The notes: generated by a model not told the origin, from the letters alone. DNA of 19,223 nt from Rhodothermales bacterium (GCA_040904565.1 JBBDTI010000001.1:46040-65262); one strand, 5' to 3'; positions 9,790-18,980 are shown, counted from the first letter of the stretch. A program made the numbers and translations.

Positions 9790-12540
9790 TCATTCTTTCG
9801 TCAAAAATGCGTCGACGTTCAGGATGGCGTTGGCCGTGACGGCCAGCGCGGCGCGATCGGGCGTGTCGGGCAGGTCGGCGCCGTCGACGATGAGCGCCCG
9901 GGCCGCCGATGCCGGTTCGCCCGATCCGTCCTCATATCCGTCTTCATATTCCTCCGCCCCGTACTCCGCAAAAGCGTTCTGCTTGACGTTCAGCAGGGCG
10001 GCCGCGGATTCCGGGTCGGTCCGATAGGCATCGAGCGCCTCGTCGTAGAGTTCGCGGAGGCTTCGGAGGACGTCCGGTGAGGGGTCACGCTGCAGCGCCA
10101 GGCGGTAGCCACGGCGCAGCCGAACGTCGACGATCGAGGCCGCGCCGGGTGTCCGGTCCGCCCGCTGGTCCGCTCCCGCGTCCACCGCAGCCAGGTGCAT
10201 CCGTTCGGAAAGCGCGACGGCCGCCTCCACGAAGGCCGGATCGTTGAGCGTAACCAGCGACTGGAGCGGCGTATTCGTGCGGATGCGGCGGGAGACGCAG
10301 AGCTCGCGGCTGGGCGCGTCGAAGGCGAGCAGGGCGGGATGCGGGACGGTCCGCCGCCAGTACGTGTACACGGCGCGACGATACCGGTCTTCGCCGTCAC
10401 TCGTCTCCCATCGCAGGGAGCTGTACGGGTTGTTCCAGAGTCCGGGCGGCTGCGGCGGGAAGACGCTCGGGCCGTACATCGCGTCGCTGAGGAGGCCGCT
10501 TACGGCGAGGGCCTGGTCGCGGACCTGCTCGGCGGACAGACGGAAGCGCGGCCCGCGTGCGAGGAGGCGGTTCTCGGGGTCGATTTCGAGCAGCTCCGGC
10601 GACACGCGCGACGCCTGCCGATAGGTGGCACTCGTGACGAGCTCTTTCAAAAGCCGCTTCACGCTCCACTCGAAATCGTTGGAGAACTGCAGCGCCAGGG
10701 CGTCCAGCAGTTCGGGGTGGGTGGGCGATGCGCCCTGCGTACCGAGATCTTCGGCGGTCTCTACCAGCCCGCGTCCGAACAGCTGCTCCCAGAAGCGGTT
10801 GACGGCCACGCGCGCCGTGAGAGGATTGTCGGGAGCGAAGAGCCACTGGGCCAGCCCGAGCCGGTTGGACGGCGCGCCCTCGGGCATCGGGGGCAGGGAC
10901 TCCGGGACGCCGGGCTCGACGCGTTCTCCGTGCGCGAGCCAGTTGCCCCGCTCGAAAACCCGCGTGGCGCGCGAGGCCGACGGCGGCAGTTCCTGCATGA
11001 CGGGCGTCGTCACGGGCTCGAGTGCAGCGATGGCTTCATCCAGCTTCGACCGCCGCTCGCGGAACGATTCGAATTCCGGCCGCGATTCGACGAACAGCTC
11101 GCGGAGCAGGTGCCGTTCGAACGGATCGCGTTTGGAGGCCTCCTTCCGGGCGATTCTTACGACGTGGGGGACGACGGTCCGCCCTTCGAAGCGCGGCGGA
11201 CGGTTGCCGTCGCGAGCGTACGCCTCGAGTCGATCCGTCCACGCGGCGAGGCTGTCGTCGTTTACCGCGTCGTGAGCCTGCCGCTCTAGCTCGTCCCTCT
11301 CGGCGAGGAGCGCCTGGCCGCGCTCAGCGTTCTCATTAAACGGGCGCTCATCAAACTGATACAGCTTCGGCTCGTTGTCGGGCTGATCCGTGTCCGCCGT
11401 GTTGTTGAAGAAGGCCAGCAGCTCGTAGAACTCCTCGTGCCGGATGGGATCGTACGGATGGCCGTGGCACTGCGCGCACGCGATCGTCGTGCCCTGCCAT
11501 ACCTCGAAGGTCGTGTTCAGCCGGTCGATGACGGCCGCGAGGCGGAACTCCTCGTCGTCCGTCCCGCCCTCCGTGTTCGTCATACTGTTCCGGTGGAAGG
11601 CCGTCGCAATCAACTGGTCGGGATCGGGGTCTTCAAGCAGATCGCCGGCGAGCTGCTCCGTCGAGAAGCGGTCGAACGGCACGTCGTCGTTGAAGGCCCG
11701 GATCACCCAGTCCCGATACGTCCAGATCGATCGGGGCGTGTCCTTCTCGTAGCCGTTCGTATCGGCATATCGGGCCAGATCGAGCCAGTATGCCGCCCAT
11801 CGCTCGCCGAATCGGGGCGAGTCCAGCAGCCGGTCCACCACGGCTTCGTACGCCGCGTCGGACGGCGCGGCGTGCACACCCGTCGGGTCGGACGGCGCGG
11901 CCTGCGCACCCGTCGGGTCGGCCGCGGGCGGATTCGCGCAAACGTTCGCCGTTTCCTCCGGCGTCGGAGGGAGTCCGATCAGGTCGAGGCTTACGCGCCG
12001 CAGCAGCACCTCGCACTCGGCCTGGGGCGACGGAGCGAGGCCGGCTTCATCGAGGCGCGCCATGACGAAGTGGTCGATGGCGGTACGCGGCCAGGACGGG
12101 TCGGAGAAGTCGGGGAGGCCGGTCCGCTCGGGCGGCACGTATGCCCAGTGCGGTTCCCAGGGCGCCCCCCGGTCGATCCATGCCTGGAGCACGTCGACCT
12201 CATGGTCGCTCAGCGCCGGCTGGTCGAGCGGCATCCGCTCGTCGGGGTTCGCGTGGGTCACCCGTCGAATCAGCTCGCTGCGGCCGGGATCCCCGGGCAC
12301 GATGGCGTGGGCACCGGACTCGGCAGGCTGGAGGGCGTCGTCGCGAAAGAGCAGACTGAGTTCGGCCTCCCGGCGTACGCCGCCGTGGCACACGACGCAC
12401 TTCTCGTTGAGGATCGGGCGTACGTCGTGATTGAAATCGACTTCGGCCGTGCCCGGACGGGCGTACCACCATATCCCTCCCACGACGAGGAGGACGAGGG
12501 CGGAGAAAAGGATGCGTATGCGGATACGGGTGTGGTGCAT
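9790..12540 (-). CDS. PSD1 and planctomycete cytochrome c domain protein (PSCyt1 + DUF1549 + DUF1553)
   Basis: N-terminal TM/signal; VDFNHDVRPIL..KCVVCHG (heme c motif); HWAY; LLRRVSLDLIGLPP; GERWA..WLDLARYADTNGYEKD; CAQCH; NPLTARVAVNRFW; PTHPELLD; SATYRQ; RLSAEQVRD; TNTPLQSLVTLND; C-terminal FLTKE. Confidence 0.93.
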   Translation of the reverse strand: MHHTRIRIRILFSALVLLVVGGIWWYARPGTAEVDFNHDVRPILNEKCVVCHGGVRREAELSLLFRDDALQPAESGAHAIVPGDPGRSELIRRVTHANPDERMPLDQPALSDHEVDVLQAWIDRGAPWEPHWAYVPPERTGLPDFSDPSWPRTAIDHFVMARLDEAGLAPSPQAECEVLLRRVSLDLIGLPPTPEETANVCANPPAADPTGAQAAPSDPTGVHAAPSDAAYEAVVDRLLDSPRFGERWAAYWLDLARYADTNGYEKDTPRSIWTYRDWVIRAFNDDVPFDRFSTEQLAGDLLEDPDPDQLIATAFHRNSMTNTEGGTDDEEFRLAAVIDRLNTTFEVWQGTTIACAQCHGHPYDPIRHEEFYELLAFFNNTADTDQPDNEPKLYQFDERPFNENAERGQALLAERDELERQAHDAVNDDSLAAWTDRLEAYARDGNRPPRFEGRTVVPHVVRIARKEASKRDPFERHLLRELFVESRPEFESFRERRSKLDEAIAALEPVTTPVMQELPPSASRATRVFERGNWLAHGERVEPGVPESLPPMPEGAPSNRLGLAQWLFAPDNPLTARVAVNRFWEQLFGRGLVETAEDLGTQGASPTHPELLDALALQFSNDFEWSVKRLLKELVTSATYRQASRVSPELLEIDPENRLLARGPRFRLSAEQVRDQALAVSGLLSDAMYGPSVFPPQPPGLWNNPYSSLRWETSDGEDRYRRAVYTYWRRTVPHPALLAFDAPSRELCVSRRIRTNTPLQSLVTLNDPAFVEAAVALSERMHLAAVDAGADQRADRTPGAASIVDVRLRRGYRLALQRDPSPDVLRSLRELYDEALDAYRTDPESAAALLNVKQNAFAEYGAEEYEDGYEDGSGEPASAARALIVDGADLPDTPDRAALAVTANAILNVDAFLTKE
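11857..11921. repeat. Intragenic 30-bp tandem repeat (two copies plus a partial) encoding DPTGAQAAPS/DPTGVHAAPS
   Basis: gtcggacggcgcggcgtgcacacccgtcgg (11857-11886), gtcggacggcgcggcctgcgcacccgtcgg (11887-11916), then gtcgg. The two full units differ at 2 positions. Confidence 0.9.
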
Positions 12541-12569
12541 GGCGGATCGGCGCGACGATCGATAGCTAC

Positions 12570-12575
12570 AGTATA
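12570..12575 (-). promoter_or_regulatory. Candidate -10 element (TATACT) for the PSD1-DUF1501 pair
   Basis: TATACT on the - strand, about 30 nt upstream of ATG 12540, in the purF-PSD1 spacer. The -35 match (TTTCCG) is weak. Confidence 0.35.
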
Positions 12576-12640
12576 CCGTCTACGCTCGACTTCGGAAAGA
12601 TGCCCTTAGTTGGGGAGTCGAATCGGCCGTCAGCCGGCCC

Positions 12641-14140
12641 TTACCATTCATTCTCCTCCTTAGAAACCCCCTCCTCGATCGGAACGGGGTAATCCGCCGT
12701 GAAGCAGGCGTTGCAATAGCCCAGATCGCTTTCGTTGGCGGCGCGAACGGCCTTCATGAGTCCGTCGCTGGACAGATAGGCGAGGGAGTCGACGCCGAGC
12801 CAGGCGGCCATCTCGTCTTCGTTTTCGAACTGATGGGTGAACAGCTCCTCGTGGCTGGGGAAGTCCATGCCGTAGTAGCATGGGCTGATGACCGGCGGCG
12901 ACGCCACGCGGAAATGCACTTCTTTCGCGCCGGCCTCGCGGATCATGTTGACGATGAAGCGGGCCGTGGTCCCGCGCACGATGGAGTCGTCCACGATGAC
13001 CACGGTGCGGTCCTTCAGGACGCCCTCGACCGTATTGAACTTGCAGCGCACCTTCATCTCGCGCTTGTCCTGCCCGGGCGAGATAAACGTGCGTCCGACG
13101 TAGTGATTGCGGATGAGTCCGATTTCGAACCGGCAGGGATTTCCGAGCTTCGTGCATTCGCTCACGTAACCGAGGGCGCTCGTGTTCGACGAGTCGGGCA
13201 CGGAGATCACGATGGGCTGTTTCTCCACGTCGTCCGACTTTGGGACGGGGGATTCGTGAGCGAGCTGCTTGCCGATTTTCCGCCGTACCTTGTCGACCAT
13301 CTCCCCGTAGATCTTGGAGTCCGGCCGCGAGAAGTAGACGTACTCGAAGACGCACTGGCTGACGCCGTAGCGTTGGGGGAGGTGGTAGCTTTGAAAGGCG
13401 CCCGTTTCGGCCCCCTTGCGATCGATGACGAGGATCTCGCCGGGCTCCACGTCGCGAAGGTATTCGGCGCCGATGAGGTCGAAGGCGCAGGTCTCGCTGG
13501 CGACGCAGTACGCCGCGCCGCCCGGCTGGTCGGGATCGCCGAGACGGCCGAGTGCGAGGGGGCGGAAGCCGTTCGGGTCGCGCACGGCGACGAGACTGTC
13601 GTCCGTCAGCATGACGAGCGAAAACGCGCCCTCCACCTGGGTGAGCGCGTCGATAATCTGGTCGAGCTGCTTCTGCCGCCGGCTCTGAGCGATCAGATGG
13701 AGGATGAGCTCCGTATCGCTCGTCGTCTGAAAGAGCGTGCCCCGGTCGCTGAACGACTGCCGGAGTTCGCGGGCGTTGGACAGATTGCCGTTGTGGGCGA
13801 TGGCGAGGTTGCCGTCGCGGTAATGCACGACGAACGGCTGAATGTTCGATTTGTTGTCCGCCGCTCCGCTCGTCGAATACCGGTTGTGCCCGATGCCGGA
13901 GTCGCCGAGCAGTTTCGTCTCGAACAAGCGCGGATCGTTGAAGACGTCGAGCACCAGTCCGGAGTCGCGATGCATCGGCATCACCCAGCGCTGCTTCGTC
14001 TCGTCGTAGGTAGACGTGACAATTCCGCAAGATTCCTGACCACGGTGCTGCAGCGCGTGCAGCCCGTAGTAAATGTTTCGGGCCGCATCCGGCGCGTTAA
14101 ACATGCCGACAAGGCCGCAGAACTCTTTAATCTGTCGCAT
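12641..14140 (-). CDS. purF: Amidophosphoribosyltransferase (propeptide- and 4Fe-4S-type)
   Basis: Short propeptide MRQIKEF followed by catalytic Cys (CG); LQHRGQE; GHNRYST; HNGNL; RDPNGFRPL; CVFEYVYFSRPDS; PRPP loop VDDSIVRGTT; PCYYGMD; YCNACF Fe-S ligands. Confidence 0.98.
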   Translation of the reverse strand: MRQIKEFCGLVGMFNAPDAARNIYYGLHALQHRGQESCGIVTSTYDETKQRWVMPMHRDSGLVLDVFNDPRLFETKLLGDSGIGHNRYSTSGAADNKSNIQPFVVHYRDGNLAIAHNGNLSNARELRQSFSDRGTLFQTTSDTELILHLIAQSRRQKQLDQIIDALTQVEGAFSLVMLTDDSLVAVRDPNGFRPLALGRLGDPDQPGGAAYCVASETCAFDLIGAEYLRDVEPGEILVIDRKGAETGAFQSYHLPQRYGVSQCVFEYVYFSRPDSKIYGEMVDKVRRKIGKQLAHESPVPKSDDVEKQPIVISVPDSSNTSALGYVSECTKLGNPCRFEIGLIRNHYVGRTFISPGQDKREMKVRCKFNTVEGVLKDRTVVIVDDSIVRGTTARFIVNMIREAGAKEVHFRVASPPVISPCYYGMDFPSHEELFTHQFENEDEMAAWLGVDSLAYLSSDGLMKAVRAANESDLGYCNACFTADYPVPIEEGVSKEENEW

Positions 14141-14285
14141 TAAGCGCTGATCTATTGTATGTCAGGTTTGTATCCGCTTCACCGTTCGTGACCGTACCTG
14201 CCCGTACCGGAAGCACATACTATGCCGGTCGGGTCGACATCAGGCGGTTTCGCGTGCGTATAGATACGGATCATAGGGATGCGGG

Positions 14286-14876
14286 TCATAGGAGGATGAT
14301 ACCTGCACCGAGAAGGATGCCGAGGGCATTGGCGACGAGATCGCGCCTGCTGAACGTTCCCGAGGGTTGCTGCAGGTCGTAGTACTCTTTGGCCACGCCG
14401 ATGAAGGCGCTCGTGGTGACGGAGATAGGGAGGGCGCGATGTTCGGATAGGTCGCCCTTATTCACAGCTACGTACTGAGTACTAAGCGTCCAGAGGAAGC
14501 TGAAGGCCACGTGTTTCGCCTTGTCCACGGCGATCCACCTGTCTTCAACACGCTGATCCAACGGTAGCGTCCGATGCGCGGTTTCGGTCGGACGGGCGGC
14601 CGGCGCCACCAAATTACGCCGAAAAGTAGAAAATTCACGTCCCTTATACAACCGGCCTCCGTACACGATTTCGTTACGAATGACGACGGCGGAAGGCCGC
14701 TCGCTCGCCGCAAGACGGGGATGGCCGGCGGGGCCGTCGGACGTACGATCGGCCGGCGTGACGGCCAGCGCGGCCCGGGGTTGGATGAGGAAGCACGCCG
14801 CCACGAGGACGGACCACCACGTCATGGAACGCAGATGTTGCGTTCTGAGACGGTGTACCGACGGCAGCGTGGTCAT
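14286..14876 (-). CDS. YfiM/DUF2279-like membrane protein
   Basis: C-terminal DRWIAVDKAKH...GVAKEYYD...GTFSRRDLVANALG pattern and an N-terminal signal-like stretch. The ATG directly follows the gldE stop (TAGATG); an alternative start at MTWW is possible. Confidence 0.72.
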   Translation of the reverse strand: MTTLPSVHRLRTQHLRSMTWWSVLVAACFLIQPRAALAVTPADRTSDGPAGHPRLAASERPSAVVIRNEIVYGGRLYKGREFSTFRRNLVAPAARPTETAHRTLPLDQRVEDRWIAVDKAKHVAFSFLWTLSTQYVAVNKGDLSEHRALPISVTTSAFIGVAKEYYDLQQPSGTFSRRDLVANALGILLGAGIILL

Positions 14877-16265
14877 CTATCCCTTCTGTTTGTCCGACGA
14901 CGTATCGGCGACATCCCGTTCCAGCTCCGGGTCTACACGCTGCACGCGGACCAGGCCGATTCGGTGAGTTTCTACCGTCACGACGCGCATGTGGAGCGTG
15001 TCGAAGTCAATCTCGTCACCCTGCTTGGGGATACTCCCCATAACGTGAAAAATGAGTCCGCCGAGCGTCTCGAAATCATACGCCTCCGTATCGAGGTCCG
15101 CGTCAAACAGCTCGTTGACCTCGTCCAGGTCTATCCGAGCGTCGAACACGTACGTATTCCGGTCGATGCGCTCGTAGAGCAGGTCTTCGGACTCGTCGTG
15201 CTCGTCGCGGATTTCTCCGACGATCTCTTCCAGCACGTCCTCGAGCGTAACGAGTCCGGCCGTCCCCCCATATTCATCCACCACGATAGCGATGTGCGTC
15301 TTCTTCGCCTGGAAATCTTTCAACAGCTCGTCCAGCTTCTTTCCGAGGGGGACGAAAATGGCGGGGCGTGCCGCCCGGGCCCAGTCGATCATGGTCGATC
15401 CATTGTTCGACGGAAGGAGAGGGAGCAGGTCTTTCGCGTAGACGATGCCCATAATATTATCGAGATGATCGACGTAGAGAGGCATTCGCGAATGCCCCGT
15501 CGTGCGAATGATCTCCAGCGCTTCGGTAAAGCTCGCCGTGATCGGGAGGGCGACGACATCGAGCCGGCTCACCATGATTTCGCGGACGGACGTCTCACCG
15601 AATTCGACGATGGAGTAGATCAGCTCGCGCTCTTCTTCCTCCAGCGTTCCGTGAGCCTGTCCCACGTCGGCCAGCGCCTTGAGGTCCGCCGAAGAGATGC
15701 GCGACGAATTCGGGCCCATGCGGCGCCGCAGCAGCTGCGTCGAGCGCGCGAGCAGGGTTGAGAGCGGGTTCAGCAGGTAGTGAAGCATCGCCAACGGGCC
15801 CGATACGGCCCGGCTGAACGCCGTCGCATGACGCGTGGCGATGAGTTTGGGCGTGATCTCGCTCATCACGAGGATCACGAACGTCAGAACCAGCACCTCC
15901 AACAGCACCGCTACCGTGTGACTCCAGTTCAGATAGGCGGCGACGCGGCCCGTCAGCACGGCGGCGAGGATGGCCGCGGCGACGTTTACGAACGTGTTCA
16001 GGATCAGGATCGTGATCAGAACCTGCCTGGGCCGTTCGAGCAGCTGCAGGACGCGGCGGCTTGCGGGGTCGTCGCGCTCGGCCAGGGCTTCCTTCGCCGG
16101 ATCCGTCAGCGAGAAGAGGGCGACCTCCGATCCTGAAAAAACGGCGGACAGGAGAAGCAGTGCGATGAGTGCCGCAAGGCTGCTCAGGACGAACGTCGCG
16201 CTCAGCGACGAGACAGCGTACTGCGGAAGCAGCAGGAAAAAGAGCGTAACGGGGTCGGGGTCCAA
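14877..16265 (-). CDS. gldE: GldE / HlyC-CorC (CNNM) family protein: DUF21 + 2 CBS + CorC_HlyC
   Basis: TTG start giving MDPDP, as typical of GldE; FSGSEVALFSL; SEITPK; VREIMVSR; GHSRMPLY; HIAIVVDEYGGTAGLVTLEDVLEEIVGEIRDEHD; ETLGG. Confidence 0.9.
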   Translation of the reverse strand: MDPDPVTLFFLLLPQYAVSSLSATFVLSSLAALIALLLLSAVFSGSEVALFSLTDPAKEALAERDDPASRRVLQLLERPRQVLITILILNTFVNVAAAILAAVLTGRVAAYLNWSHTVAVLLEVLVLTFVILVMSEITPKLIATRHATAFSRAVSGPLAMLHYLLNPLSTLLARSTQLLRRRMGPNSSRISSADLKALADVGQAHGTLEEEERELIYSIVEFGETSVREIMVSRLDVVALPITASFTEALEIIRTTGHSRMPLYVDHLDNIMGIVYAKDLLPLLPSNNGSTMIDWARAARPAIFVPLGKKLDELLKDFQAKKTHIAIVVDEYGGTAGLVTLEDVLEEIVGEIRDEHDESEDLLYERIDRNTYVFDARIDLDEVNELFDADLDTEAYDFETLGGLIFHVMGSIPKQGDEIDFDTLHMRVVTVETHRIGLVRVQRVDPELERDVADTSSDKQKG

Positions 16266-16363
16266 CGTAGGGGAGGCAAAACCCTCCAGTTGTGAGACGT
16301 ACAGGTAGGATGCGCAACGGCGAACGTCACCGCCGGTTCCTCAAGATGCCTGGAGCCGGCCAC

Positions 16364-17728
16364 TTAGCCGATAATCCGGCGAATGTTGAGCAGCACGTAG
16401 AAGATAAAGATCGGGCAGACGTACTTGATGAAGAACGACCACACCTTTTCGACCCGCGGTGACATGTCGCTGCCCTGTCGAATTTCCGCGGCGGCCTGCT
16501 TCGTGCCCCAGACCCAGCCGACGAAGATGCTGATGAGCAGCGCGCCGAAGGCGAGCGAGACGTTGCCCCAGATGGCATCCATGATGCTCAGAAAGTCGGT
16601 CTGGCCGAGAAACCCGGCGTCGCCGACCAGCCACGACATGTCCGTCAGGCGGTCGACCGCGCCGGCGGAGAGGGCTGCCGGCAGGCCGATCAGGAAGGTG
16701 AGAAAGCCGATGATCCAGACCGCCTGCTTGCGAGGCCACTTCTTCTCGTCCACAAAATAGGATACGACTACCTCCAGCAGAGAAACGGTCGACGTGAGGG
16801 CGGCAATGGACAGCAAAAGAAAGAACAGCACGCTCATCAGCCGGCCCATCGGCATCGCGTCGAATACTTCCGGCAGCACGACGAAGATGAGCGCCGGTCC
16901 TTCCGAGGGATCCTGTCCGAAGGCAAAGACGGCGGGAAAGATCATGAATCCGGCCAGGATGGCGATGCTCGTATCGAAAATGGCCACGTATCCTCCCGCC
17001 GCGAGTATATTCTCCTTCTTCGGCAGGTACGAACCGTACGTGATCATGGCACCCATGCCGAGGCTGAGCGAGAAGAACGCCTGGCCCAGAGCCGCCAGCA
17101 CGACTTCTCCGGTCACCTTCGAGAAGTCGGGCTTCAGGTAGAATTCGAGTCCGGCCCCCGCCCCCGGCAGCGTCACCGAGCGGATGATGATGATGAACAT
17201 CAGTACGATCAGGACCGGCATCAACACCTTCGCCCATCGCTCGATGCCGTGCTCGATCCCGCCGTAGACGACCAGGACGGTGAAGAACATGAACAGCGCG
17301 AAAAGCGGAATCACGATCATCGGGTCGGCGATGTACGCGCCGAACTCGGTAGTCGGATTGAGTCCTTCCTTGAAGATGTATCCGAACGCCCACCCCGCTA
17401 TCACGCCGTAGTAGCTGAGGATGCAGACGCCCGTCACCACGCAGAGCCCGCCGACCAGCGTCCACGGCGTGCCGGCTTTTATCGCCTTGATGGCGCCAAC
17501 GGGATTCTTCTGGCTGAATCGCCCGATGGTCAGCTCCGCGAAGAGGTAGGGAAGACAGATCAGCGCGATGCAGAGCAGATAGAGGATGACGAAGGCGGCC
17601 CCGCCGCTCTGCCCCGTGACGTACGGAAAGCGCCAGATGTTACCGAGTCCTATGGCCGATCCGGCCGCGGCGAGCACGAATCCGAGTTTCGAGGTCCACT
17701 GACCGCGGTCTGCCGGTGACGTTGACAT
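16364..17728 (-). CDS. Sodium-dependent transporter, NSS/SNF (SLC6, LeuT/MhsT-like) family
   Basis: RGQWTSKLGFVLAAAGSAIGLGNIWRFPY, GGAAF, GIER, ALGQAFFSLSLGMGAMITYGSY, GPALIF and AALTS. Confidence 0.96.
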   Translation of the reverse strand: MSTSPADRGQWTSKLGFVLAAAGSAIGLGNIWRFPYVTGQSGGAAFVILYLLCIALICLPYLFAELTIGRFSQKNPVGAIKAIKAGTPWTLVGGLCVVTGVCILSYYGVIAGWAFGYIFKEGLNPTTEFGAYIADPMIVIPLFALFMFFTVLVVYGGIEHGIERWAKVLMPVLIVLMFIIIIRSVTLPGAGAGLEFYLKPDFSKVTGEVVLAALGQAFFSLSLGMGAMITYGSYLPKKENILAAGGYVAIFDTSIAILAGFMIFPAVFAFGQDPSEGPALIFVVLPEVFDAMPMGRLMSVLFFLLLSIAALTSTVSLLEVVVSYFVDEKKWPRKQAVWIIGFLTFLIGLPAALSAGAVDRLTDMSWLVGDAGFLGQTDFLSIMDAIWGNVSLAFGALLISIFVGWVWGTKQAAAEIRQGSDMSPRVEKVWSFFIKYVCPIFIFYVLLNIRRIIG

Positions 17729-17756
17729 GGGTGTCGGATGAAATCGTTAGGTGAGA

Positions 17757-17789
17757 CGTTCAGTCTGCGTTCAGTCTGCGTTGAGTCGG
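17757..17789. repeat. 11-bp tandem repeat x3 in the NSS leader
   Basis: cgttcagtctg / cgttcagtctg / cgttgagtcgg, adjoining the hairpin at 17787-17816. Confidence 0.8.
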
Positions 17790-17887
17790 TGGTGACCGGC
17801 GTCAGGCCGACCACCGCGGCGAAAGGTTCGAAGTTAGTCAATCGCGCGCCGAATATCGAAAGATGTGTCTGTAGAAACGTGTATTGC

Positions 17888-18655
17888 CTATTCGAACAGG
17901 TCGTCGAGGTCGGCGCCGGCCAGGTCCAGGTAGAACGAGGCCACCTTCGTCGTAAGGTCATCCAGGTAGGCCTCGCCCTTTTCGGCGTTCGACCTGGACG
18001 GGTCGCCCACTCCCGTGCTCTCTGTTACCTCCGTCCACGGCCGTTCCGCCCAGGCCCACTTTTCTCGTAGGGCTGTAATCTTAAAGTGCCGTTCGGCCCC
18101 GTCGCCGGCTTCTTCGAGCGGCAGAACGAGGTCCGGCGCGACGTGCATCATGACGCTGGTCTCCATCTCGCCCGCATGGTCGCCCGGCTTGTCGAAATAG
18201 GCGTCCAGATCCATGATCCTGAACCAGTGCATCTGGCAGATAAACATCTCGGGGTACTGCGCACCGATCTCTCGAATCATCTGTTTGAAGTCGTTGCCCC
18301 CGTGGCCGTTGAGTACGACCAGCTTTTGGATCTCGGTACGGGAGACGACGTCGACGACGTCGTTCAGGATCGCCATCTGCGTGCTCGGATACAGGTTCAT
18401 GTCGAGCTTCACGTCGAGCTGGCCCGTATTGATGCCGAACGGGACGGTGGGCAGCACGATTATTTTAGCTCCCGCGTACCACGCCTTGCGTGCCGATTCC
18501 GCGGCGATGTAATCGCACTCGGCGACGTCCGTGATATAGGGAAGATGGTAATTGTGCGCCTCCGTGGCTCCCCACGGGAGAACGGCTACGTCGTAGTGGG
18601 TCGACTTGACGGCTTTCCAGTTGGTTTCGGCCAGGAGATAGGGTCTAGCGGGCAT
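17888..18655 (-). CDS. Creatininase (creatinine amidohydrolase) family protein
   Basis: LPWGATEAHNYHLPYITD (E/H/D metal ligands), LNGHGGN, DHAGEMETS and GVGDP...AEKG. Confidence 0.92.
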   Translation of the reverse strand: MPARPYLLAETNWKAVKSTHYDVAVLPWGATEAHNYHLPYITDVAECDYIAAESARKAWYAGAKIIVLPTVPFGINTGQLDVKLDMNLYPSTQMAILNDVVDVVSRTEIQKLVVLNGHGGNDFKQMIREIGAQYPEMFICQMHWFRIMDLDAYFDKPGDHAGEMETSVMMHVAPDLVLPLEEAGDGAERHFKITALREKWAWAERPWTEVTESTGVGDPSRSNAEKGEAYLDDLTTKVASFYLDLAGADLDDLFE

Positions 18656-18683
18656 ATGGAGTAGGTTAATGTGAGGTAGCAGT

Positions 18684-18735
18684 TAGGTGACGGGACTAGG
18701 TGACGGGACTGGCTGACGGGGCTAGGTGATGGAGG
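18684..18735. repeat. 13-bp tandem repeat x3-4 in the creatininase leader
   Basis: taggtgacgggac / taggtgacgggac / tggctgacggggc / taggtgatggagg. Confidence 0.85.
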
Positions 18736-18761
18736 CGCCTTCGAGGGCGACTCCGATATCG

Positions 18762-18770
18762 AGTATACCA
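18762..18770 (-). promoter_or_regulatory. Candidate extended -10 promoter (TGnTATACT) for the creatininase-family gene
   Basis: TGGTATACT on the - strand. A hairpin, GGAGTCGCCCTCGAAGGCGCCTCC (18754-18731), begins 7 nt downstream, consistent with a 5'-terminal stem at the TSS. Confidence 0.5.
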
Positions 18771-18889
18771 TCCACAACACGAAACATCACGTGTGCCGCT
18801 CAATTTCGCAACACCGATCGTGCGCCGGCTCGTGTTGCGTATGCAGCGAGCTACAGCCGGGAGATGCATGCACGAAGGATGCTGCAGGC

Positions 18890-18933
18890 AAAAACAAAAC
18901 CGGCGCAGTACCTGTGGGAGGGCGCTGCGCCGG
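18890..18933 (-). terminator. Rho-independent terminator after the DUF5916-like gene
   Basis: The - strand has CCGGCGCAG-N16-CTGCGCCGG (9-bp perfect stem) followed directly by TTTTGTTTTT, 47 nt after the stop at 18981. Confidence 0.75.
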
Positions 18934-18980
18934 CGGGCTGCCGCATCGTGGGCAACCATTCATCAGACCTTCGGAGTCGT

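Noticed and set aside
12660-14030. Long same-strand alternative-frame ORFs (12660-14030, 16341-17465, 5059-6045, 2880-3956)
   Set aside because: They are R/P/A/G-rich off-frame translations of real genes.
14141-14285. Possible purine-related riboswitch (ZTP, PRPP/ykkC or guanine) upstream of purF
   Set aside because: I could not find the consensus cores by eye, only short repeats (ccgtacc x2). An Rfam cmscan would be decisive.
16331-16360. Intrinsic terminator after the NSS gene
   Set aside because: An imperfect stem is present but there is no U-tract, so it is not supportable as a terminator.
18684-18735. CRISPR-like array or replication iterons
   Set aside because: The units are 13 bp and directly adjacent, with no spacers, and there are no cas or rep genes nearby.
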